A DNA stretch of 64,000 nucleotides from Lama guanicoe (taxonomy: Eukaryota): positions 2,232,001 through 2,296,000 of the forward strand of contig MU055785.1 of the NCBI GenBank assembly GCA_013239625.1, written 5' to 3'. Positions 22,421 to 37,061 of the stretch are shown here, piece by piece. Position numbers and translations under genes: made by a program. The notes below the pieces were generated by a model. That model was not told the DNA's origin. It did not search any database and saw only the letters and a program-made list of their open reading frames with translations. Each line of letters begins with the position of its first letter. The first letter of the stretch is position 1.

Positions 22421-23699
22421 ACAAATACTGGTCCACCTTGTGGCTCTTGGCATCAGGGTGATCTTGCTTCTTCTGAGAGGGACTGAGTTCAACTTAGAAC
22501 TAGTATTGGTCTCCGTAAACTATGCTTTTGGCCGACAGGCAGCGTGGAACCAAGTTGGTAACCCTTGGGGGTTATTTATGGACCGTATCTGCGTGCTTCA
22601 CACCTCCGAGATTTAATTCATTTTACTTCTGCTCCACGCATTCATTTTGAGGGTTTTTCCAAGGAGATCAAGAGTGGCAAGCACTTCCAATGCGTCCAAG
22701 TATGAAGAAGGAGTTGGCCCTCTCCCACATTTTGCCGTTTCCAAACCCCTGCAGGTAGGTTTGATCACCGGTATCAACCTGGCATGTCTCCACAGCTTTC
22801 TCTAATTATGTCAAAAATATGTCTGACTTTGGCTTCGTAAGAAAGGAAAGATTGAATGATTGGAAACCCAAGGCTCAGACAGAAGGTTTGACAGAATGGT
22901 TGATTACTTAGAAAAATAAATCCAGCCTGTATGGAGTTGACACTAGCAAGCGGGTCAGGTTCAGGAGCACGTAGGTAGATGGGAGAATCCGACCAGAAGT
23001 CCAGAGACATGACATGAGCAGCCGTCATGCATGACTCTGGATGTGATTTCACTTCAGAGCATGGTTCTCATCTATAAAAATATCACTTGACACCCCACCT
23101 AAGATTTTCATGAATCTCTCAGGAGCTAAGACAGTCCAGTCTGTACTGAGACCTGGACAAGCAACCCTTGGGTATGTCTCAGCACGTTTTTCCCAGTAAG
23201 GAAAACAGACAGAAAGAGGCTGGGAAACACTGGTCTACACAACCGACCGGAGAGATTTAACATGAGGAAGCTGAAGATGGAAAATATCTCAGACGCAAAC
23301 GTGAAAGACAGCAAAAAACAGTCCATTAGGGGGGAAACAAACCACATTGTTGGAATTGTTTTAAAACAAGAGTCTAGAGAATACAGGGGAGATTTACCCT
23401 GGGTCCCAGGGAACAGCACCCCAGTAACCCAACCAGCCTCTCCCAACTCTCACTGTGCTTTAAAAAAGTCAGTGGTGCCCAGAATTTAAGTCAGGTTGTG
23501 AGTTCAAACCATTAGCCTTATTGGTTAGAGGTGAGGTTGTATTAACTAAGATACCCCTGTCATGGGGGTTCACAGCCATCCATCAGGGGAATTGATTAGG
23601 TCAGGTCGAAGTGAAGACCAAAGTTGGGAGCCAGGTTGAGTTGGAACTTGAAGGGTACAGTGGCGTGGTCAATGCTTCAGTCCCTCAGCTCAAGATCTG

Positions 23700-24165
23700 G
23701 ACATCACTCAAGTTTCCTCATTGGCAAGACCTTCCTGCTCGAGCTGTCAGTTTCAGAGAACTTCACTGACCCCCGAGTCTGTTCTGTGACTCACCCCCCA
23801 GATGTCTGTCTACACTCTGCTGCCGCCACCCCCACCACTGCCATTTATTTTTCCAGCCTCATGCTGGTTCCCCCAACAACTCTCCACTTCAGTCACACGG
23901 GCCTCCTTGTTCTGCCTGAAGCCCTCCCCACCCTTCTGTTTCAGCTCAGTGTACCTCCCCATAGTTGCTCTGTGAATTCCCATAGGTCAGATCTGCTGCT
24001 CAGAGGCCCCTTAGCACTACCTGTCTGTCCTTCACAGACTTGTCACAGTTACAGCTTGGGATTTGTCTGTGACGTATTTGCTTCCTGCTAATATGTGTGC
24101 ACTGAGAACACAAATATCCATGACCCACTGAGCCTGGCATGTAGTGATGCTCCAATTGAAAAGTG
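23700..24165 (+). repeat. L2 LINE 3' fragment
   Basis: ccacttcagtcacacgggcctccttgttc ... gagcctggcatgtagtgatgctc tail. Confidence 0.55.
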
Positions 24166-25109
24166 ATTGTCATAAAGAAGCCAGAAGTCCCCATTTCTAG
24201 TCTCAACATTGCCTTTTTTTTTTTTCTAAACCAGGAAAGTCCCTGCAGGGGGATAGAAATGACTGCCTTTATATAGAACTCTGGGTTCCAGGTAGGTTTC
24301 TGGTGTCTTGGCTTCAATTTCCTAACTCCATGTGAGCATGCAGTCTCATGGTATTAGACCAGGGATGTAGGCATATTGCCATCTACCTACCCACTCCTCC
24401 CACAGGGGGTCAAATGAGATTTGGTGCCATGAATAGGTGATAAGCAATACAAGACAGGCTGTTAATCAAAAGCATCAGTATATAAAAGTCCAATATTGAG
24501 TTGGGGCACTGAAGGGCGTTTTCCTTAAACTCACTTTAGACCGTAGTAGCTCCTGTTCTCACCCATCCTCTGATCTGGTCCCTGTTTTGAGAGCAGGGAG
24601 TGAGCGCACACACACTACTCGCCTAGTGGAAGGTGGAACCTAAGATCTTTCCAGGGAGGGTTGATTTCCCATAAAGTTTCTTCCACCAGGGATGGAGGTC
24701 TGGGGTCCTGGGGGTGGACTGGCAGGAAGGAGATGAGCATCTGAAGGAGACTGAGAGCTGATTAAAGGAGAAGTGTGGGCAAGCCTGCCTTTAGGAGGCC
24801 TACCACTTTGAAGGGAGGTCAAGTGTCACAGAGCGGAATGACTACAGGGACGTCTGTGGAAGGAAGACTCCAAGCAGTGCTTCTGACCTGGGATGGCCCC
24901 TGGATCCAGGTTTTTCCAGTCGTAGAATTCAGAGTGTTCAAGAAGGTTGCTTGAGGCCATTCTAGCTTGGACTCTGAGCTGTTTACTGTCCCCACTGGAA
25001 ACAGTCTCGTACTTTTCCTCATTAAAAGGAAAGCCCTTTGTGTTCCAGGACAAGCCCACCTTGCTTTCCATCTTCAGAGCTAACAACTCATGACCCATGA
25101 TTCATGCTT

Positions 25110-25375
25110 CACAAATGTTCTTTTATGGTCCCAGGAGCCCATCCAGGATACTATACTGTGCTTAGATGTCATGGCTCCATCTCCTCTGATTTTTGACAAT
25201 TTCTCAGTCTTTCCCCATCTTGTGGCCTTGCTGCTTTGGAGTTCTGGTCAGCTCCCTTGCAGAATGCCCCGCAACATGGGCTTGCCCGACGGAGGTTGTG
25301 CTTTTTGGGCAAGACATTACAGAAGGGACGCTGTACCCTCAGCGCCTCCTTATCAGGAAACATGACGTCGTGATG
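25110..25375 (-). repeat. Old L1 (L1MC/ME-like) 3' UTR fragment
   Basis: ccatccaggatactatactgtgcttagatgtcatg, gcagaatgccccgcaacatgggcttg. Confidence 0.65.
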
Positions 25376-28300
25376 GGAACTACCGCCTTGGGAGAGGAAC
25401 ACCAAAGGAAATGAACAGAGGGAGACGGACGCCTCGAAGGAAATGGACAGACAGGTGAGTTAGCTATTGGGACTTCCAGGTAAAACATGTCTGTCTGGCT
25501 CATTTCTCTTTGCCTTGCCCAAATCCCAAAGGAACTAAGAGGTATTAGTTTCCTAAGGATGAACAAGTCATTAGAGAAAATAATTTCTGGACCAGGAGAC
25601 GAAGGAACGGAAAATGCCAAAACTGGTGTCTGCAAAGAAGAGACATACAAGATGGACTGATCCACCCAATGGGGCCTGCAGCTGCAGCTCCCAGGAAGGT
25701 GGGTGCATGGTGAGGCAGAAAGGTGGAGTCTGTGATTATAGCCTACTGTATACTCAGTCCTCCACTCAACACAATCTCCAGTGTGTACAGGTCTAAGGCT
25801 ATTCTGTAGTTGGAGTTGCAGCCAGACACTAGAATTCCAGACACTGTTCAAGACCTAGAGACGCAGAAGATGCAACACTTAAACCGAAGGACCCTCCGCC
25901 CTCTCCCTGCTACCAAGAACCCTTGCCAAGGTCATGCTTTCATCTCCACTGCCTGGTTAGTCTGCATCCTTGATCTCGTAAACCCTTCAGCCCGTTTGAC
26001 TGCAGAGATGCTGCCCACGGAAGCAGGAGGTAGCTTGTACAGAGAAACAGGAGAAACAGCCCTTAAACCCAATTTTGAACCTCACTTAACTTGCTGGTTG
26101 ACCTCATGAACTTTGTAAAGTGAGGATTCCACCACCTACCTGGTGGGACTGAGGCAGATTAGCAGATTGTGTCAGCACCTGGAGACCCAGTCACAAGACC
26201 ACCCCATCATTTCAGAGAAGTACTTAGGTGCAGAGTGAGTTGCCTACTTGAACGACTAAGATGCTTTTTACTTCACCCTCTTGTCTGTCTAGCTTAGACC
26301 TGACACTGACTATAGAGTCATGGATAGATGATGGAACAGACTTCAGAACACACTGAATTTCAATGCCTTTGGCTATTTAGAACTCCATTATTCAAAAATA
26401 TTCAGTTTACCTTGCTTAAGGTACCAAGGCTACCTTTGCAACAGTGCTGGGGCGCTCCAGTGACATTGAAAGGAAGTCTACGTGAAGCCAGACCCACCTG
26501 GGATTAAAGTTGTGGTTCATCCATCGCCAGATAATTGCATGTTGCCTATTTTAGCACAAAATGCCTCCAATATTGAATACCCATAATAATTGGAAGTGTT
26601 ACCCTTTGGAAGGGTCACCAGTGGCTTTTTTTTTTTTTAAGCAAGAGTAAGAGCACCAAGCATGGACTTTCAAAGAGCCCCCCTCTTGGTATCATTCACT
26701 GGAGCCCCTCAAGGTACCTTTGCCTTTAGGTTTCTTGCTTTAATATGTTTATCTCATTTTCCCCAAAGGTGTCCGGTAAAGCTCAGATATATTCTAAGTC
26801 TGGGTCAAGGTCACAATTCCTTGCGATGTTAGGGTCAAACTGCTTGCTCTCCAGCCCTTCCTTTCTCATTAGACCCTAAATACACACAGCATTCAAGTAA
26901 TGGCCTCTGTGAAATGGGATCAAGAATGGCCAAGAAAGAAGTTGTTCAGAGTCCTACAGAGGCAGGAATAGTACTCAGGCTTAAATCTTAGCCCAACGTT
27001 TGCAAGCAGGTAGAAAGAACAGCATCTTATCGCCATAGAAACAGCCTGGTACGTGATTGGTGCTCAAGTGTTCAGACCAAAGGATACCAAGTGTCCGTCT
27101 GGAACTAGATATGTCACCCCCTGGAAAAAAGTTTTTTTTCCAGACCAAACTGCTACCCCACGGCAGGGACCCTATGGGAGGTCTTTCAGATTCGATTGAC
27201 ATCTTGTTTTTTGGTCTTCGGCAGCTCTCCCGAAGCTGTCCATCCCCTGCCCCCCTCCTGTTCTGTTATCAGCCTTGGGTTGGGGGCTGATATTAGAAGC
27301 GCTCTGATAAAGCTCCCTAAGTGGCAGCAAGCTGTAAACATTCCCACTGATGCTATTTGATTAACCTGCTGAGAAAATGCCTGAAGAAGGTCCTGGCTTG
27401 TCACCGAGAGACAGGCAAGGGTGCCACGTGGAGCTGTTGAAAAGCAAGCTGGTTGGGGCCACCACTGTGGAGTTATATAAAGCACTTGGCCCCAAGACAG
27501 AGGCCCCTGCAGCACCACATGCGCGGTCTGCCAGGGTGGCTGTGGGTTTATGGTTTGACGGACACACGCGGTGGGGATGCATTCATAGCACAGATAAGTT
27601 AATGACCTATTAGTGGTGAGCAGGGAGACAGATAAAGCCGTTGTGCAAAATCCTGTCCTGCATTCCAAAGCCACAATTTGATTTAACACCCTGGTTCTAT
27701 CCCATCCAAATAGCTTCCCTATTAGGTTGTAGTTTCTAGATGCCCAACTATTCGGAGGAGGAATGGATGAGCCAGCGAGAAAGAGGATTAACCATTCACT
27801 GAACCCAGTTCAGGTGATGCCTGGTTCTAGTTCATTCAAATAAGAAACAGGACTCTATAAAGTTTTTCTCCTAAAAAAATCATCCAACATCCAAACATTG
27901 TGTGAGGAATTCTACTTGGAAGTAAACTTGGCATAGTCACGTGATTTATGAAGTATTAGGGAGCTGGCTCAGGATGTATTAAGAGTCAGGGCAGAAGGAA
28001 TTGTTGGAACAATGAACTGAAATTACAAGAGTTTGCCACAAGACAGTACTGGGGTTTGAATGTCCCAGGTACTTTATCAAAAGGATTTCCAGCTCCCTGG
28101 ACGAGTGTCCCGTTACTCTGCCTTTGGCTCCAGTGGAGACGGTACAATTTGCAGTCGGGTGTATAGTGTCCTTTTTGGAAGGCAGTTGGGCCACAGCTGA
28201 CCTGACTTAGTTATCACACATCCTAGCAACCCCATTTAAGCCTATTCCATCGTTGTAAGAGCACCAGTTCAGACACATACATTCAACAATGTTTATTCAG

Positions 28301-31300
28301 CATTGTTTAGGGGCCCCTCCAAAGTGCAACTGTCTAGTTTGGGGGGATGGATGAGTTAGTTATGGACCATTACGCACCACTGAAGTGACTGAGTCCACTA
28401 AGATTTTTTTCCAAACATTTGTTGTATTAGAAGAGCTACTCAACCATGTTGTCGACAAGGAACCCATTCTCAAGTCAGTGGGGCACTTGTTTCCCCTACA
28501 CACAAGGCACCAAAGAGACCAGAGTCTGGTGGCTCTTAGAAAGCCACCATGTTGGGAGCACAGAACACTCAGCTGCCTTCTCCCCTGCAGACCAGGACGC
28601 AGTTAACCAGGCTGCACTGCACAGGCGGTGCCAAGAGAGGAAGTCAGTCTCACGTGTGATTAATGCTCAGACAGGCCCGATTTCCGCAGTGATCTGGAAG
28701 CCCACACTGGGAAGACTTCAACTCCCCAAACTACGCATGTCCCTCATCTGGACGCTGCCATTTACTGGCTTTACAATGAGCGTAGGGTAATTCGGAACCC
28801 AGAAGCTAACTTCTGAGTCTTAGGTCTTCTTTTAAAATAGGTATGTAGTCAAGACCCTAAAGGCTATGGAGATGCAGAGAATTCTTATGAAGTACCTAAC
28901 GATGCTGCAGACATTTGAGGGCTTATGTGAACTTCCATAAAACCTTGGACCATTTATAGACCATCATGTTGTCTTACTCGGTGCTCCCTTTGGGGTATGG
29001 CAGCTCCAAGCGTCCGAGGAGCACCCTGTCTCCAGAAGCCCCAGTGACCACATCATCCTGCACATAAGGGCTCAAGTACATGCTAGACGTCCAGGGTCTG
29101 CCTGGATAGGTCTTCAACCCACTGAGATCTAGAGATCGCCCCTTTAAGGATATATAGACAGACAGTCCATGAACCAATGCAGATATAAAGTAAGTGGAGC
29201 AGCACACAATGAATTAAGACACTCTGACCTTGAAGATTATCCTTCAAAGCCGGTGCCCAAAGGAAGTGCCAGATACTTGGTTAATTGCCTCACCGTGAGT
29301 CCATCTCAGGGGCCAGACTTCATGCACGTGATTACATGTAACTTGTACAACTGTTTTGCGGGCTTGGTCCTGTTATCAACGCCAGGAACCAAGCAACGTT
29401 GAGAGTCTCCCCACCAATGGAACACACTCATCTTGCGGAAGAGTATCTGTAAGGGTTTTCAGAGACCTGAATTAAACGGCCAACATCTGACTGGAGTGCC
29501 CCAAATCGGTTTCTAGCTCCTTTAAAAAAAAGATGGGATGAGCTGGCCACACAGGGTCGGCTTTCCTACACTATCTCAGTTGTTCAGAACCCAGCTCTCG
29601 TCTTACTCCTGGCCAGGCCCCACCTCACCCATTTCCCCTGGCCTGTCTGGCCCCTCCACACGCTTGGGTTTGAGAAAACTGAAATCAACGTTGGTATTTC
29701 TAGCACACATTAGGTCCCAGGAAGTGATGGGGTATCAGAGGAATGTGACCTGATAAACAACCGAGCTCCTCTTTTAAAGTGGGACTTCGATGGGCAAAAG
29801 GCTGAATGACCTTTTTAAGGGCAGATAGGATGTTCTGCTAAGTCAGCATTTTGAGATTTGCCCCTTTCAAAAGACAACCAGGTGGCGAAATCTTTTGCCC
29901 CAGTAAGATGGAGTCTTTATCAAGACTGAGGTATGTGGGAGTGACATCCACTTGTCACATTAGGCCATACCCGAAGTCTTAATATATTTAGGAAATCCTC
30001 TTCACACACTAGGTAATAGAACTTTATGTACTTCTTAAAAAGGTGTTTTATTTTTTTAACTAGAGCCTCAATTACTTGGTTTCCCAGGGTATATCTTTAC
30101 TTCCATCTAAATAGCTAGGTTTATTTCTAGCGATCCTGCGGCTAGAAGTTGTATTCCAAGCCACAAGTGCACTTTGGCAAGGACCTCCAACACTTGCAAA
30201 GGTGAGACCATGCCCCAGGAATGATTATCAGGTCTGAGTGAGGCCTGCTTCCTCTGTGAGCACCAAGTGAGCTTATGGCAGATAAAGATTCCCCAAATAG
30301 CGTTCTCAAGTTTGAGAGAAGACCTTGCACACTTCTAAGGCTCAGACCTAAGACTTCATCCCTTGGAGCGAGAACTGGGGAGGAACACACCTTATAGCCA
30401 CCTCGTACAATGTCTAACCCCTGCTCTGCGCCAAGCACTGGCCCATGTGAAAATTGATGACCAGCCAAGGTCCGTTACCTTGCAGAACTCGGTCTAGTTA
30501 GAGGCCGTCATGCACACAAATAAGGCTCAAGTTGCTGGGATGAATGAGACTCTTTCCTGTTATCGGAAAATCTCTCCACCTCGAGCCTGAGTTAGATAAC
30601 CCGCTAGTGTCACCCAAATGGTGCGGCCTTGTAGCATCAAGCGCAGTCTTCACGTCTGGCTACACTATGGTTTGTTTCACGAAGTTCAGGAAGGAGTTTT
30701 ATGGGTGCCTAACGTCCGGTAGTGCCTTTGCAATGCAAAGGGAAGTTTCCCGTGGGGTTCAGGGTACCAGAAATGCGACCTGATTCCTCCCTACGCCCCC
30801 TCTCCAGTCTATCGCAGCAAGTGGCGGCATTTCATCTCCACACTTCAATGACCATAAAAATGGGCATTGTTTTTTCAGACAAAGGGTGCTGCTGAATCAC
30901 AAATAGCCCCCAGGTCAAAGCCCACAGGCTACTGAGCCAGAAGTCAACGCTATCGTACTTGAAAGTGTGGAGTTCTTCTCCGTGAAGCAGTCAGCCCTGC
31001 AAGGAGGGCACCCCACCAGCACTCCAGAGGTCCTTCAAACCCCATCTCTAAGGGGGAGTGAGACTCGGACCACTGTTTGCTGGCTTGTTTCCTCACAGGA
31101 AGGAAGGAGAGGTTGAGAGTTGACTCCGTGCAGAGCACCAAGGCCCTGACTGGAAGGGAAAGACTCTTGGCTCCAGGGATGGAGGGAGAAGCCTCTGAGA
31201 AGACACCTGTTCCACAAGCCCACGTTGTTCGAGAGCCAGAGGCTAAGGTCTTCCAGGTGAGAGAAGCTCATTACCCCCCGGGCAGTCTCAGCATCTCTGC

Positions 31301-33149
31301 TCCCCGGCTGCTCCCCGGCACTGGGGCTGAAACGTGGCAACTCCCCGCTTTCTGCTTCTCCCAAAGCAGACACCTTGCTAGTTAACACCAGTGCTCCCAC
31401 CTAAAGCCAATCCAAACTGCAGGTCAAGGCGAGTTCTCAGGAGCCACCTCTTTTGACTCATCAAGAAGCAAGTTTGGGTTTTGTAGGCAAGACCAACTCC
31501 CAGCAGAGCTGCTGTTTGGGATTTGCTGAATCCCTGAAGCCAAGCTGCTCCCGGGCCTCTTTCTACCCCACATCCCGGAGCCAGGACCCCAAGCTCAACT
31601 TCCTTTTCAGTTTGGGAACTGTTCCATTTCCTCTCCAGCTCATCTCAGAGACACAGGGAGGGGACAGGGAGGAGGTGGGGGAGCCTGAGCCCACGACAGG
31701 ACAGGGGAGGCCATAACTGAGGTTCCTCTGATCCATCGTGCCGACCAGCCTTCCTCTGACTCTCACAGTTGATGGTTTTTTAATCTTTCCCACATATACG
31801 TCTTATAGGAACATTTTGGTGTTTTTTTTTTTTCAAATAGGCCTTGTATTTTTGTGTCCTGATGGTTCGCCTGCATTATGACCCAGGACACACACGGCAG
31901 GACTTGCTCTAGTAACTCAACAAGCAGACGGGAGTGATGCCGCCCAAACGCCATGTGGCATCAGGAGCTGAACCCAGCTCTAGCCCAGCGAGCACTGCTG
32001 GGGCCAGAAGGAATCTCGGCCCCCGGACCTGTGAGCCTCTGTCTGGCACCAGTTCCAGACACCCAGAGCCAGTGTAAACTGAGCTGCTCAATTTGGCTGT
32101 CCTCTCGCTCTGTGGACAGCCCCTGCTTCACAGCCACACCCCAAGGCTCGGCCTCCCTCCCAGCAGTCGCTGCCTCTGCCTTGCCCCCTGTCCCAGCCAG
32201 CAGCCGTTCTAAACCTTATTATCCACAGGAAACATCCACCTTTGTGACGGTCGTGAACCCGAGGGGTCCGCCCACCGGTTACCTTAGGGACTGATGCTCC
32301 AGCCCCCTCTCTAACTGGTCACCTCCTCCCTCCAAGTGGTGAGGACTCCTACCATGTCCTGTCTGCCGACCGCGGTACACCGTGGGGTGTCACCCCAGCA
32401 CTTGGCTCTGGATGCGGAAGTCCCTATCCAGTGAAGTCGCTGGTGCCTGTCACCATCTCTAGGCTGTTGCTTCAGTCTCACTGCCGGGCAATGACGAGGC
32501 CTGCAGGCCTGCGAGGGGCAGCCTGACAGCCCACCGTGCTGCGTCCAGACCAGAAGCCCAGTAGGACCGCCTTCTCCTTCGGCACAAGGCAACACCCCTA
32601 AAGGGTCAGTTCAGTTTCATTTCCTCCTCCTGAGAGGGGGCTCCCCCAAAGTGTGTGGAGGGGGGAACCAGCCCTCGGCCCACTTTCCCTGAAGCCAGTT
32701 CTCCGCTACCCTTATTTAATACATTTAGTGTGTCTCCATCCTCTTGAGAATTTCTAGTAAGCCGACTCAAGGGAGGAAAGACATTTTGCCAAGATCCGAG
32801 GAGGAGTTTAGTTCAGCCTTCAACTGTTCCTATTAAGTTGGCCTTCCATGTACCCTGGTTCTCCCATGCAGAAGCTGGCCAATTCTACTATGAGTCTTCA
32901 AAGGAATTGTGCTGTCTCCTTCAGAAGTGGCCAGCTTCAACAGTTTAGGAAGACTGGGAGAAAATCAGTCACCAGAACACAAGATGGTCCTTCCTCCTCA
33001 CACATGGGCTCCAGCCGGGGACATCTTTAAAGATGAGCCCTTGATTGGGAGAAGACTGTTGGCAAAGGACCCAAGTGGGACATGAGTTAACTTTGTATTT
33101 CTCCCTCACCTCAGCGCTTAACCTTTCTCATTTCATAGGTTAGGTGCAC

Positions 33150-33390
33150 ATTTCCCAGATCAGTCCACAGGACCCTGGTTCCACTGTTAACGTTTGTGGC
33201 TACTAATTCAGAGACACTGGTTTACACAGCATTAAACGTTCCTTTGCAGGACTTATCAGAGCTTTTAATACGCTAACATGGATGTGAACCTCCAAGAGAA
33301 GGGTAGGACATGCCTCGGACTTCTCTGAAGTTCTGAACTTTTCATCATGCTGCAGAAATACTCAGTTCTAGGATTCCACACCCTCCTCTG
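33150..33390. mobile_element. MER103-like hAT-Charlie element
   Basis: tgcaggacttatcagagcttttaatacgctaacatggatgtgaacctccaagagaaggg. Confidence 0.7.
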
Positions 33391-35632
33391 AAAAAGTCGA
33401 GGACAGGCATGAGTAAGCTGTCGACCCAGGATCTTGGTGGCCCCAGGCCCGGGTCAGGATTCCCCTGTGCTGTCCTTTCCCTGCTTCATTTCCTCTTCAT
33501 AAGCTTTATCACTACCTGATTTATCCCCAAGTCCACCTAGAATATGCCATGCAGGCAGGCAGCTCTCCTCCACTGAATACTCAGCACCCACCAGAGGGTA
33601 GCAGGCATTCCGTTTTGAGTGGCTCACTCCACTGAAACATGTCTAGGCTTCAATTCAAGGAGATCTGGGGCCACGCGTGTGTTTTGCTCTATAACCACGT
33701 TGTCTTATCAAAATAGCATTCCACACCTCAGAGGCTCAGAGAAAAGTCAGGCTTCAGTAAGTTTGATGTTGATTTGATGCCAACTCTGCTGTGCTTAAGT
33801 TTTCCACTTCAAAGACTACGTAATTCCAGACTGAGATGCAAACTTGGACCTAAGGGCAGTGTCCAGAGCATCCTGATTAGACCCTTTGGAAGCGAAGAGC
33901 TGAGCCTGTCATGCCCGGAGGACCAGGCTTAGTCAGTATTCTTGGCGACAGCTCTCACCATCCCTGGAGCACTGGAGGCTTGGAAAGAACACGGGATGTT
34001 GCGCCGTGATGTCCTCATCTCACGAGCATCTCCACCCCCCAACAGAGACATGGTAACTTTCAAGGTGTCAGGAGACCAGTGCATCCACAGGGTTAGAGAG
34101 TGACCCATACACGTGGGCAACATCACAAGGGTGAAGACTGAGTTCCCACGGGAGAAGTTAAGACTGCCGAGCTCTAGAGGGAGAGAGATCAGCCCATTCA
34201 GCTGGCAGAGAACCACTGCCACCCACATGCACAATCTCCCTCCAGATGCCTGAGGGGAGACATCCAGTCTTTTTACTGGAAAGCAGCACCCAAGAGGTAC
34301 AGTGACTCAGGCCAAGACACACAGCTGTTCAAACACCCTGAACTCATGTCTGAGGGTCAGGCCAGGTCTCCTCCCAAAAGCATGGTTGCTCTGGAGGACT
34401 TCGAAGACCTCCACCTCGGGCCAGACCTCCCCAAAACTTTGACCCATGAACCTGTGACAACCCCGCCTTCGTCCTGAGATCTCTCCTTCTCCAGGTTCTT
34501 ATCTGCATTGAACTTGGGTCAAATGATAGGAACTTACAGCCCGGCCCCCCTTGGCTCCCCCTGGAGACTCCCAGAGGGAGACTGGACATCAGGATCCCAG
34601 GCTGACCCAGCGAGGATTATGCCCATGAATGCCACGTGGACAGGGAAAGGAGGACTGATGCTTAAAGCACACTCCTGCCTGCGCAGGGAGTACCAAGTGC
34701 CCAGCCGGCAGCTCGGCCAGTGCCGGATCCTAGTGCACTGTGTTGAGGACTCCACGCCCCTGCAGAAGCTCCCAGTGAACCAAGCACGGCCAGGGATCAA
34801 CGGCGGTCCAGGCAGGAACCGTAGCACGTGTGATGTACGCATCACTTGGCAACTTCTCCGTTTTACACAAAGAGGAAGTCGGATTCAGGACTAGAGTTAC
34901 AGTTAATTCCACTCCGCCTTTGATACAGCACTGCCCCAGGCCTTCCGACAAATCCCCTAAGAACAGAAAGGGTGAAGTAGGGAGCACCTTGTGGCTTTTT
35001 TTTTTTTTAATGGCAGCCACCTAGGAGTGACTCTCCTGATGAAATGAGTGATGTATTGGCACTCGGCTTTCCTGACGCTTGACTGTTCAGATGAACCGAA
35101 GTCCAGCGTAACAACTCTCCCCTCTGACCCAAAGGGGGCAGCACTCACCCGATAGAGGGATTGTCACAGAGCAAGTCCTAAAGCCATTTCAAAAGGGAAG
35201 CCCTTGGCTCATTCCCTTATAAGGGGCATTTCAGCCAAGTTACTCACGGCCATGTTCTGCAAGCGAATGGACATCAGAGAAGTTTAGGTCCAGAACTGCC
35301 CACAGCATAAATTGTGGGCTATAATAGCAATGCTGGTTTCTTAAGCAGAGTTTTACAAAATTTTTTGACATAGAACTGGAGGTGAGGATTTTTTTTTTTT
35401 AAGTCTCAGAAGGCAGCCCTCTTGATAAGCTGAGATGTGCTGTCAGTGTTACTTTCCTAGCCTTGGCTTTGAAGGCTGCATCTACAAAAAGGCAAAGAGC
35501 ATCGTTAGTTCAAAAGTATGAGACTTAAATCCCAGAAGCGCCAATGTCTAGGCCCCAGTTCTGCTGTAAACCCCGAGTACAGTGAGGGAGATCTGTGCTC
35601 ACCCAGTCCAGCAGAGGCTCCTGCATCACAGG

Positions 35633-36181
35633 TGTGGTACGCAGCATCCTGAGATGGCCCCCAGGACTTCCGCCCCATATAACCCACCACCCTGGGTGTG
35701 GGTGCACCTGAGATGCTACCCCTGTGATGTGTTATGTGCCGAGAGGAAGATTATTCTGGATGGGACTGACCTAGCCACACGAACCCTTTAAATGTGGGTC
35801 TAGAAGTCAGATTTGGGAAGTCAGCAGTCCACAGCACAAGAATCATCAGACTGTCGGCAGCTCGGTGAAGATGGAGGGGGTCACACGGGAAGGGACATGA
35901 GAGGGTTTGAGGGTTTCTAGGAGAGGAGTGGCCCTCAGCTGCCCGCCAGCAAGGAGGTGACCGCAGCCTTATCTTGCGGGAAACTGAGTTATGCCAACAA
36001 GAATGAACTTGGAAGCCGATGTGCCCCTAGTCTCCAGGTGAGGATGCAGCCCAGCTGACACCAGAACACAGTGAGCAGAGAACCCAGCCCCGCTCAGCCT
36101 GGACGGTACCTACACAACAGGGAGCTAGTAAGCAGTTTAAAGCTGCCGAGTTTTTGTTTAGCAGCAAAAGATAACAGTACA
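35633..36181 (+). mobile_element. MLT1E-like MaLR solo LTR
   Basis: TGTGGTA start, gatggcccccaggac, gccagcaagga, gccaacaagaatgaacttggaagc, gcagcaaaagataacagtaca end. Confidence 0.8.
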
Positions 36182-37061
36182 GGCTATGTGTGTAGCCACG
36201 ATTGTGGGATGCACCGCAACAGAAAAGGTAGACACCCGAGCATTGCAGGGGAACCAAAGCTCGGCTGTGGGGATTTGGGGCACCCCTCTCCAGTCCTGCT
36301 CCTGGGATGGCACATGTGATTCAGTCTTTACCATCCCCTAGTAGTCAAGCCACCACCAGACGCTTAAAATGCTTAACCAGGCTCACTAGACCAGGGCTGA
36401 GCTGTCAACTCATTCAGCTGAGGTCACAAGCAGTCAAACATACATTTAGAGGGCCTGTCAACCAGCATCCAACCAGAATATCCATTTTGTTAAAGTTCTG
36501 TCATTTATTGTTATCTGTTCGTGGAGACCCTAAGCCACTCAGTCCGTGTGGAGGGTTTCTTGAGAGACATTAATAGTGGACGTCTCCCAGGTCTGAGCCC
36601 CACCCACCTCACCAATGCCAGCTCCTCTCATTAAACAGGAACCCCTCGGTCTTTAAAACTGGCCCTCTGAGAAGGGACAGTCTCAGAGTAACCTGGGGCA
36701 ACCACCTAACGTTTGAAGATCTGGATCTGACTGCCTGCTCTAGGCCAGAAGCTTGGAGCCAGCTTTTTTTGGAAAAGGTATGCTCTTTTCAAAGAGGAAA
36801 GATATTCAAGAGGAAGCAATTTGTCTGGTGTGTTAAGCTTCGTATTATGTCTCATCTTTGCTGTTCCTTAAGTCTTGGAAGGGCCTCTTGTGAGGGGGTG
36901 GGGCAAGACAAGTAGACCTCACAAGCTGAGCACTGGGGCAGGAAACACCTTTTGGGAAACTGACGGCCTCCATCCACATGCAGCAGGTCTTTGGCAAGTC
37001 AGAACCTCCTGGCTCCGTGTTCCAGGGCTATCTTGAGCCTCAAACCCTTTCGGGAGCCTGC

